Shown piece by piece: positions 1 to 6,626 of a stretch of DNA of 10,592 nucleotides; position 1 is the first letter of the stretch; every line of letters begins with the position of its first letter. The stretch covers positions 1-10,592 of the forward strand of contig JBNKBE010000045.1 of NCBI GenBank assembly GCA_050287085.1, in the 5' to 3' direction. The position numbers and the translations under genes were made by a program. Source of the DNA: Polyangiaceae bacterium (GTDB lineage Bacteria > Myxococcota_A > Polyangia > Polyangiales > Polyangiaceae). The notes beneath the pieces are model-generated. The model made no database searches and was not told where the DNA came from. It was given only the letters and a program-made list of their open reading frames with translations.

Positions 1-108
1 GTTGCTTGGGGGCGCCCTGTTGCTTGGGGGCGCCCTGTTGCTTGGGGGCGCCCTGTTGCTTGGGGGCGCCCTGTTGCTTGGGGGCGCCCTGTTGCCTTGG
101 GGCGCCCT
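1..108. repeat. 18-bp tandem repeat (GTTGCTTGGGGGCGCCCT), at least 6 copies, truncated by the window edge; in frame within the ferritin-like CDS
   Basis: Five identical copies at 1-90 and one variant (GTTGCCTTGGGGCGCCCT) at 91-108, with no spacers. The minus strand encodes QGAPRQ followed by QGAPKQ units. Confidence 0.97.
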
Positions 109-763
109 GCAGGGAGACGGCGCCGTGCTGGTCATCGAGCGCGGTCTCAACGGCTGCTAGAAACGCGTCGAAAGCGGCCTCTTCGATCGCCAGCACCCGC
201 TTCAGAGCGGGACGCCAGTCTGAGAGCGCAGCCGATAGTCTTTGGCTCATGTTGCGCAAGTGGTCATCTTCGTCGCTGATGATGGCCTTGACCGAAATGC
301 GGGCGTTTGCCTTCTCCAGCAGGGACTGATACACCGGATAGAAGCCGTGCGCGCGCACTTCGATCGCCGTGCTCGTTAGCAGGTAGCAGAGTTCCGGTCG
401 TCCATCTCCCAGGGCGCTGAGAGCTGCCTGGTCGACCGTTTGAAAGTAGCGTTCCGCTTCGGCACCAGCCAGGGTATCTGCATCAGAAAAGGTCGATACC
501 GCTTCGCTACCGCCCAGCGCGAGGGCGAACTTCTTCAGGCGCATCGCGTGAACTGCTTCTTCGAGGATGTGCTGTAACCCTTCGAGATCGAGTGTTTCCG
601 AGCGTCTAGTCTTCAGCATCTTGCGAACGCCGACGTACTCCAAGCGCGACAGGGTATTGAGGAAACGCGCGTGGGTGGAGCGAGAGTCGAGGACTCGAGC
701 GAGTATCTCTTCAAGGCGGCGCTGACTGGGGGCTGCCAGCAGGGAATCGATGAAAGACTGCAT
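1..763 (-). CDS. Ferritin-like (diiron-carboxylate four-helix bundle) protein with a C-terminal (QGAPKQ)n tail; 3'-partial, runs off the window start
   Basis: Translated by hand; absent from the ORF track because it has no stop in the window. ATG at 763-761 is preceded on the minus strand by GGAGTAAGG. It reads MQSFIDSLLAAPSQRRLEEILARVLDSRSTHARFLNTLSRLEYVGVRK...HILEEAVHAMRLKK...CYLLTSTAIEVRAHGFYPVY...IISDEDDHLRNM...QGAPRQ(QGAPKQ)n and is open for 254 codons. The pattern E42, E69xxH72, E135, E165xxH168 matches the ferritin-like diiron ligand set. Confidence 0.88.
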   Translation of the reverse strand, partial: MQSFIDSLLAAPSQRRLEEILARVLDSRSTHARFLNTLSRLEYVGVRKMLKTRRSETLDLEGLQHILEEAVHAMRLKKFALALGGSEAVSTFSDADTLAGAEAERYFQTVDQAALSALGDGRPELCYLLTSTAIEVRAHGFYPVYQSLLEKANARISVKAIISDEDDHLRNMSQRLSAALSDWRPALKRVLAIEEAAFDAFLAAVETALDDQHGAVSLQGAPRQQGAPKQQGAPKQQGAPKQQGAPKQQGAPKQ

Positions 764-894
764 CGCTCAGACCTTACTCCACTTGCGGGTCGGCGCGCCC
801 CGAAAATGGCGCCCTCGGGCAGCGGCGGAACGGCGCGGCTTGCGTGTCGCGGCGAATCCGCATAGAGAGCCCGGGCGCTGCGCGCACAAATTTC

Positions 895-2541
895 ATGATC
901 ACGCTTTCAGGAATCAGCAAAGCTTTCGGAGCACAGACCCTTTTTTCCGACGTGAGTTTGCAGCTCAATCGGGGAGAGCGGGTGGGGCTCGTCGGTGCCA
1001 ACGGTTGCGGCAAGAGCACTCTGCTGAAGATGCTGATCGGCGACGAGCCTACCAGCGGCGGGGAGGTGGCATACACTCGGGGCGCGAAACTAGGCGTTCT
1101 ACGTCAAGATCAGTTCCTGAACGACGACGAGGCCATCATTTCGGTTGCCATGGCCGGCGATCGAACGGCGTCGGATGCGCTTCGAGAGCTCGATGCGCTG
1201 GCTCATGAGTCCGATCCAAGCCCCGAGCGCCTTGGGGAGCTGAACGACGTTCTCATCGCTCACGATGGCTACACGCTGGAGTCCCGTGCGGCCGAGATTC
1301 TGGAAGGACTCGGGATCCCGGCGGGGGTGCACGGCCATGCGCTGGGGACGCTTTCCGGAGGATATAAGCTCCGCGTCTTGTTGACCCAGGTGTTGGTGGG
1401 TAGTCCTGACGCTCTCCTTCTGGACGAGCCCACCAATCACCTCGACATTCTGAGCATCCGTTGGCTCGAGGAGTTTCTGCAGGGTTATCGTGGCTGCGCG
1501 GTCGTGATCTCGCATGACCGTCGCTTTCTGGATCGCTTTGCCACTCGGATTCTCGACGTCGACTACGGCTCGGTCATCTCCTACAGCGGCAACTATACGC
1601 GCTTTCTGCAGCTCAAAGAGGAGACTAGAACCCGCAAGGAAGCCGAGATTGCGAAAGTCGAGCGTGCAATCGCGGAGAAGAAGGCGTTCATCGAACGATT
1701 CAAGGCGAAGGCAACCAAGGCGCGTCAGGCGCAGAGTCGGGTCAAGCAGGTGGAGCGCATGGAGATCGAAGTGCTCGCCCCTTCGAGTCGGCGCTCGCCC
1801 AACTTCAACTTCCGGCAGCGGAGGCCCAGCGGACGCGATGTGGTTGAGGTCTCGGAGATCTGCCATGCATTCGGCGACAAGCCCGTGCTGGATGGCGTAG
1901 CGTTTACAGTTCGGCGCGGCGAGCGCGTCGCCATCATCGGGAAGAACGGCGTTGGCAAGAGCACCCTGCTCAACATCTTGGCCGGTCGCCTGCAGGCAAA
2001 TGCCGGCCAAGTGCAGTGGGGCCATGAAACCCATGTGGGCTACTTCGAACAAGATCACGCCGACGTTTTGGCGCACCCCAAGGCGACGCCTCTGAGCCTA
2101 GTATGGGAACGCTGCCCGATGGAGACGACGAACTTCGTGCGGGGGCATTTGGGGCGTATGTTGTTCTCGCGAGAAGAAGTGGACAAGCCCGTCAGCGCAC
2201 TTTCCGGCGGCGAGGTCGCACGCGTCATCTTCGCTCGACTGTCCGTGGATCAGCCAAACATCATGCTATTGGACGAACCCACCAACCATCTCGATATGGA
2301 GACCATCGAGGGGCTCAAGACGGGGCTAGCGGAGTACGACGGCACGCTCATCTTCGTCAGTCACGATCGCTACTTCGTGTCGGACCTGGCTACAAGAATC
2401 ATTGAACTCCGTCCGGACGGGATGAGCGACTTCCAGGGTACCTACGATGAGTATTTGTCCAAGCAGGGGCAGGATCATCTGGATGTGGAGAGCGCCGTCA
2501 ACGAAGAGCGCTCGAAGCGGCGTGTCAAGCGCAGTAAGTGA
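895..2541 (+). CDS. ybiT: ABC-F family ribosome-associated ATPase, YbiT-like (548 aa)
   Basis: Two ABC domains (Walker A GANGCGKS and GKNGVGKS, LSGG twice, LLDEPTNHLD twice, SHDR twice), an inter-domain linker with KATKARQAQSR, and no transmembrane segments. Segments LRQDQF, DGYTLESRAAEILEGLGI, KLRVLL, LGRMLFS and GTLIFVSHDR..VS.LATRI.E resemble E. coli YbiT as recalled. The ATG at 895 (MITLSGISKAFG) fits the family N-terminus better than the GTG at 844. Confidence 0.9.
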   Translation: MITLSGISKAFGAQTLFSDVSLQLNRGERVGLVGANGCGKSTLLKMLIGDEPTSGGEVAYTRGAKLGVLRQDQFLNDDEAIISVAMAGDRTASDALRELDALAHESDPSPERLGELNDVLIAHDGYTLESRAAEILEGLGIPAGVHGHALGTLSGGYKLRVLLTQVLVGSPDALLLDEPTNHLDILSIRWLEEFLQGYRGCAVVISHDRRFLDRFATRILDVDYGSVISYSGNYTRFLQLKEETRTRKEAEIAKVERAIAEKKAFIERFKAKATKARQAQSRVKQVERMEIEVLAPSSRRSPNFNFRQRRPSGRDVVEVSEICHAFGDKPVLDGVAFTVRRGERVAIIGKNGVGKSTLLNILAGRLQANAGQVQWGHETHVGYFEQDHADVLAHPKATPLSLVWERCPMETTNFVRGHLGRMLFSREEVDKPVSALSGGEVARVIFARLSVDQPNIMLLDEPTNHLDMETIEGLKTGLAEYDGTLIFVSHDRYFVSDLATRIIELRPDGMSDFQGTYDEYLSKQGQDHLDVESAVNEERSKRRVKRSK

Positions 2542-2621
2542 CCGCTGCCCGCCTGTTCAAGTAGGCACTCGGGAGCGCCCAAACGATTGCGATGGCGTCG
2601 TCGACAGCGATAGGATGAACC

Positions 2622-2978
2622 ATGATCATGCGCGTGTATCACTATCCCCGTTGCTCCACCTGCCGCAAGGCCGTGAGTTGGTTGGAGGCCCACGGCGTCG
2701 AGCACGAGCTCGTCGACATCGTGGTTAATCCGCCGGGGGCAGCGGTCTTGGCGGAGGTCCTGCGCAAGAGCGGTCTCGAGCTCAAGAAGCTGTTCAATAC
2801 TTCCGGTGAAGTATATCGCCGCGACGGCTACAAAGAGCGGCTGAAGACCATGTCGGAGCAGGAGGCGCTCAACGCGTTGGCCGCGGACGGCAAGCTGATC
2901 AAGCGACCATTGCTACTGGGAGACGAACTCGCCCTCGTCGGATTTCGGGAAGCGAGCTACGCCGCGGCGCTGCTCTAG
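2622..2978 (+). CDS. ArsC/Spx/MgsR-family thioredoxin-fold protein (YffB/YusI-like) with CxxC
   Basis: YHYPRCSTCRKA, LKKLFNTSG..YR and LIKRPLL motifs; 118 aa; AGGA upstream. An alternative ATG lies at 2628. Confidence 0.9.
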   Translation: MIMRVYHYPRCSTCRKAVSWLEAHGVEHELVDIVVNPPGAAVLAEVLRKSGLELKKLFNTSGEVYRRDGYKERLKTMSEQEALNALAADGKLIKRPLLLGDELALVGFREASYAAALL

Positions 2979-3033
2979 GCTCCTGCTCCGCATGCCGATC
3001 GGGCCAGCGCTCGCGCTCAGCGCGGCGTCCCCG

Positions 3034-4509
3034 TCACGACTTGGGTGTGGTGGCGGCCGCCATCCGCTCTGCAAAGTCAGCCAAGATCGCCGCACCTTGC
3101 GTCTTGCGCAGTGCGTTAAGTCTCCGCCGCAGCTCAGCGAAGCGCTCGCTGTCTTGGCGAATTTGCTGCAGCTGGGGCATGAACTCGCGTTCGATGAGCG
3201 CACCTTCTGATATGCGCTCCGCGTCGTTTTCCTCGACTCCCGGCATCATGCCCACGTAGCTGGGATGCTCTCCTTCGTCCCCCCCGGTCGTCCACAAGGT
3301 GGCCCGCGCCATGGGGAGCGTCTTCATGAATGCACGTCGCGCGCTTAGCAAGCGTTCGGCCGCGAACGCCAGTTCTGTCGCCATGGACGCGGCGTCTTCG
3401 GTGGCCGTTGCAAGACGCTCTCGGAGCGACGGCTGGATCTGTACCAGTTGCCACAGGCGCTGGCGTCCTTCGCCCGCGTCGGCCAGCGTCAAGGCTCGTC
3501 CTTTCGACAGTGCCGGGGCGGCGTCGGCGTGCATACGTGCCCAAGCGATGAGCTTGCGGCGAGCCTCATAGCTGTTGGCATACACAGCGCTGGCTCGCGA
3601 GTGAAAGCGCCAGCCGCTTCCAGAAGCCCACCAATCACCGCTGCTCGCACGGATGGGTACCAAATTTGCCCGCGCCGCGTCGTGGACAAAGCTGCGACCG
3701 TCCAGCGGCGGCCATATCCGACCACTCTCGGCGTAGGGATCTGGCTGGAAGACAATCTCCGAGCCGGGAGTCCATTCGGCGCGCGGGGACTGATCAAGGG
3801 CCGTTAGGCGGCGGAGGTCGACACCGTCCACCGCTGCAAGCTGAACTCCCCGCTGACTGTCAAGGCCTCGCACCTCTCCCAGCAGAGCCAGCGCCGAGTC
3901 GGCTCCCGCGCCCGTCCGGGTCTCGAGCTGGCCCAGCTCGGCAAGCGCGCGAACGCGGTCGAGCGCTAGACCGATGCCGAGTACGAAAGCTTCGCGGATA
4001 CCTTCACCATTGGTCGCAACGGTGTCGACGAAAGGCATGGGACACAATGCGTCCACCAACCGCTTGACCGCGCTGCGGGCCATGGCCTCGGGTGTGTCCC
4101 GCTTGTTCGCCTGGAGCACCAAGCCTAGCGGTGGGTCCTGCTGCCTAACGATCTCCACGGTTGTGCGCAGGAGCTCGAGTGTTGGTTGAAAATGCCCGTC
4201 CCGAGTGTCTGAGACGAAAATGACGGCATCGGCGTGGTCGAGTAGATACCGACGCCGATGTCGCAGTTCAACTTGCCCAGGAACGCTCACCACCTGGCAT
4301 CGTATGGGGCGTCCGTCGTACAACCCCCCTACATATTCTACCCAGTCGAAGTAGACAGTACGCCCATTCGATTCTTCCGGCGACTGAAGCTTCGACCCCT
4401 TCCAAGACTCGCTCAAGCTGCGCAGCGTGGTGGTCTTGCCCGAAAACGGTGGTCCGTCATAAACCAGACGAACCACGAGTCGGCCTGTTGTCGCATCGAT
4501 GTACGCCAC
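3034..4509 (-). CDS. MglA-family small Ras-like GTPase (aa 1-~195) fused to an uncharacterised ~300-aa C-terminal region
   Basis: The N-terminus MAYIDATTGRLVVRLVYDGP aligns without gaps to MglA MSFINYSSREINCKIVYYGP. G1 GPPFSGKT; G2 with the intrinsic Arg finger R50 (RTVYFD); G3 VPGQ79; G4 NKRD; G5 VAT. GTG start, 491 aa. Confidence 0.9.
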   Translation of the reverse strand: MAYIDATTGRLVVRLVYDGPPFSGKTTTLRSLSESWKGSKLQSPEESNGRTVYFDWVEYVGGLYDGRPIRCQVVSVPGQVELRHRRRYLLDHADAVIFVSDTRDGHFQPTLELLRTTVEIVRQQDPPLGLVLQANKRDTPEAMARSAVKRLVDALCPMPFVDTVATNGEGIREAFVLGIGLALDRVRALAELGQLETRTGAGADSALALLGEVRGLDSQRGVQLAAVDGVDLRRLTALDQSPRAEWTPGSEIVFQPDPYAESGRIWPPLDGRSFVHDAARANLVPIRASSGDWWASGSGWRFHSRASAVYANSYEARRKLIAWARMHADAAPALSKGRALTLADAGEGRQRLWQLVQIQPSLRERLATATEDAASMATELAFAAERLLSARRAFMKTLPMARATLWTTGGDEGEHPSYVGMMPGVEENDAERISEGALIEREFMPQLQQIRQDSERFAELRRRLNALRKTQGAAILADFAERMAAATTPKS

Positions 4510-4540
4510 GCGTGAGAAGAGGCAGACGCGACGCTGCGCT

Positions 4541-4903
4541 TCAGAGTGTCAGAGACTTTTCTGCAACGGCCAGCTGATGGCGTGCCATTGCTAGGTTACC
4601 GCGAGACCGGTCAAGTACCAAGTACACGAACATCGCATCGTTGGACGCAAGGGGGCGGATCAAGTGATACTGGGTGCCAAGAGTGATGAGGATGTCTTCG
4701 ATGGCTTCGTTGAGCTCGAGTGCCTTCATCGTCTTGCGTTTCGCGCGAACGACCTCCGTGTTGCCGGCGGCCGCCACCTCGAGGTTGAGCGCCCCGCCAC
4801 CCTCAGCGCCGAGCATCATACCGCTGCCGCTGTCAACCAGTGCAGCTCCTACTGCGCCGTCGACCTTCATGATGGTAACCAGTGTCTCTTTTACGTTTGC
4901 CAA
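4541..4903 (-). CDS. Roadblock/LC7-domain protein (MglB-like candidate GAP or partner of the adjacent GTPase)
   Basis: 120 aa with a roadblock pattern: VDGAVGAALVDSGSGMML...AAAGNTEVVRAKRKTM...IEDILITLGTQYHLIRPL...FVYLVLDRSRGNLAMARHQL. TTG start with AGGAG 9 nt upstream; ends 31 bp before the MglA-like gene on the same strand. Confidence 0.88.
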   Translation of the reverse strand: MANVKETLVTIMKVDGAVGAALVDSGSGMMLGAEGGGALNLEVAAAGNTEVVRAKRKTMKALELNEAIEDILITLGTQYHLIRPLASNDAMFVYLVLDRSRGNLAMARHQLAVAEKSLTL

Positions 4904-5630
4904 GGTTCTTTGCTCCTAGCTGAATCTGTGTTGAAGATTGCGAACGCGACAAGTCGTTTACCTTGCGGCGGCGTTCGTGGGTCCAAACGTAGTGCATGCC
5001 GAAGCGTGGGGCTAATGAAATTTTGCATCGGCGCAGAAGATGAACAGTCCCTACACCGGCGCACCTGTGTGGTGATGGCTCTTTGAGTATGTCGGGCGCC
5101 TCATGGGGTGGCATGTGTGTTCAGGCGTTGGGGGCTTGTGTTCTACGGCGCGATAGAAGGGCTGCGAGCGAGGCTAGAGTGCAAGAGCCGCGTATTGCTG
5201 AGTTTTCGACGTGGAATGACGGATATAGGTAAACAAATGGTGACGTGGTTCGGTGTGGGTGGTGCTGTTTGGGGTCGAGCGAAAATGTGTTCCGGCTGTG
5301 AACGCTCGCTGTATCGCTCAGCAGCCGTGTCGACGTCGTGTCCACAACACGCGGGTCGTCCGAGACGGTCCGCCTCGCGCTTCAGGAGCGAGCCCCGCCG
5401 CGGGCAACGGCGCGAGTCGTCGGATCCTTCGATTCCGGAGGTGTCCTCGTGTCGATTCTGAGCCGCGCCCCAGCGTAGGCTGTAGGAGTGGCGTTGTGCT
5501 TGTAGGTTTCCAGCTCCAAAAGTAGAACGATATCCGGTATGTTCGTTCCTCGGAGCAGGGCCGGGCGAATGCGGGTCAGACGTACCCTTGGCAGCTCTCC
5601 GATGATATGAGGTGAAGGAAGGCCTCCGCG
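4904..5630. promoter_or_regulatory. Long divergent intergenic region, presumed promoters of the roadblock-GTPase and wHTH-lipoprotein operons
   Basis: 727 bp between divergent starts with no convincing CDS. It contains TGTGTTC at 5116, 5137 and 5286, and GAACGA-N12-TCGTTC at 5525-5548. No clear sigma70 or sigma54 consensus was found by eye. Confidence 0.5.
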
Positions 5631-6626
5631 ATGAACTCACAAACACTGATCGATGCCATCGTTAGGCAGACAACGGTTCTCATTGCGCGGCTATCGACGG
5701 CCCAAGGGGTACGATCTCCCTTGGCGCACGTGGCGAATGAAGTGTTCGTTGGATTGGTGCGTGAGCTCGAGCAGCAGGGGGTTGGCAAGAAAGTCATCGC
5801 CGACATGTTCGGTTTGGCCCTGCGCTCCTATCGCCAGAAGGTACAGCGTCTGGGGGAGTCGGCGACGACGCGCGGCGTTACGTTGTGGACAGCGGTGCAC
5901 CAGTTCCTATCGGAACGCGAGTCAGCAACTCGGGCGGAGCTCATCGAGCGTTTCAGGCGAGACGATGAAGTATCCGTACGCGGCATCCTGAACGACCTGG
6001 CGGAGAGCGGCCTCGTGGTGCGCAGTGGCCGCGGGGATGAGACGCGCTATCGCGTGGCAAGCGAAGAGGAGCTGGTGGACGTTGGCGCGTCTCTGCCCTC
6101 CCGCCCCGAGGACGCCAATGCCGCGCTGGTCTGGCTACACGTGTATCGTGAAAGCCCGGTGCGTGCGGACCTTCTCGAGCAGCTGGTACCCCTGCCCAAG
6201 GCCGCCGTTCGGGACGCGGTTACCAGGTTGGAGAGCGACGGCCGGATTCGGCTTGAAACGCGCGCGGATGGGGACTACCTGACGGCAGATCAGTGCCTCA
6301 TCCCGCTCGGTGAGGCAGCAGGGTGGGAAGCGGCCGTGATAGACCACCATCGCACGATGCTCAACGCCCTGGCGGCAAAGATCAACAGCGGGCATCGCGT
6401 GGCCGCCAAAGGTGACGAGCTGGGTGGCACAACGCTCACCTTCGAGCTATGGCCAGGGCATCCCCGCGAACTAGAGGTTCGCCAGCTCCTGGCGAGCACT
6501 CGGGCCAGAGTGATCGGCCTTTGGGAGGATGTGGCCGACTACAATCGAAGTCAAACTGTGGGAGAGACCTATCAGGTGCACTACTATTGTGGACAATACG
6601 TCGTGGCGGAGGAGGATACAGAGTGA
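5631..6626 (+). CDS. Putative DNA-binding regulator: N-terminal HTH, two winged-helix modules and a DUF4423/TIGR02147-like C-terminal alpha/beta region (331 aa)
   Basis: HTH-like GVGKKVIADMFGLALRSYRQKVQRL; wHTH-like ATRAELIERF...VRGILNDLAESGLVVRSG...RYRV and VRADLLEQLVPLPKAAVRDAVTRLESDGRI. The tail DHHRTMLNALAAKI...GGTTLTF...EVRQLLASTRARV...YQVHYY resembles the DUF4423 layout. A purine-rich RBS (GAGGTGAAGGAAGG) lies upstream. The CDS call is confident; the family call is inference. Confidence 0.75.
   Translation: MNSQTLIDAIVRQTTVLIARLSTAQGVRSPLAHVANEVFVGLVRELEQQGVGKKVIADMFGLALRSYRQKVQRLGESATTRGVTLWTAVHQFLSERESATRAELIERFRRDDEVSVRGILNDLAESGLVVRSGRGDETRYRVASEEELVDVGASLPSRPEDANAALVWLHVYRESPVRADLLEQLVPLPKAAVRDAVTRLESDGRIRLETRADGDYLTADQCLIPLGEAAGWEAAVIDHHRTMLNALAAKINSGHRVAAKGDELGGTTLTFELWPGHPRELEVRQLLASTRARVIGLWEDVADYNRSQTVGETYQVHYYCGQYVVAEEDTE

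Noticed and set aside
1..108. 18-bp repeats as a CRISPR array
   Set aside because: The units are head-to-tail with no spacers, are too short, lie in frame inside a CDS, and no cas genes are present.
6..329. Plus-strand ORF with (GAPCCL)n as a Cys-rich metallothionein- or RiPP-like peptide
   Set aside because: It is the antisense reading of the ferritin-like gene, which has an RBS and full metal-ligand motifs; its start codon is only a TTG within the repeat.
844..894. N-terminal extension of the ABC-F from the GTG at 844
   Set aside because: Family similarity begins at the ATG at 895; the extra 17 aa look non-conserved.
1099..2076. 325-aa minus-strand ORF and other nested ORFs in the track
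   Set aside because: They are antisense or alternate-frame shadows of well-supported genes in GC-rich DNA and carry no recognisable motifs.
895..2541. Antibiotic-resistance ABC-F (Vga/Lsa/Msr/OptrA) or a membrane ABC transporter
   Set aside because: The sequence resembles housekeeping YbiT; there are no transmembrane segments, permease neighbour, mobile context or evident leader peptide.
2622..2978. Arsenic-resistance arsC
   Set aside because: The CSTC and FNTSG motifs fit the YffB/YusI/Spx-like branch and no ars operon genes are adjacent, so no symbol was assigned.
3034..4903. The canonical motility mglBA operon
   Set aside because: Canonical MglA is ~195 aa and highly conserved in myxobacteria; this protein is divergent and 491 aa, and the roadblock protein is of a different type.
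4833..5646. Small ORFs in the intergenic region (4833-5114, 5108-5461, 5121-5345, 5143-5646, 5253-5525), or a riboswitch or sigma54 promoter
   Set aside because: The ORFs overlap one another, have R/S/P-rich non-protein-like composition and no motifs. I did not find a convincing sigma54 TGGCAC-N5-TTGC-type element or a riboswitch consensus by eye. A small gene or sRNA cannot be excluded.
6449..6625. Longer start for the GH30-like lipoprotein given in the ORF track
   Set aside because: It would overlap the upstream gene by 178 bp and bury the signal peptide; the ATG at 6626 has a strong RBS and TGATG coupling.
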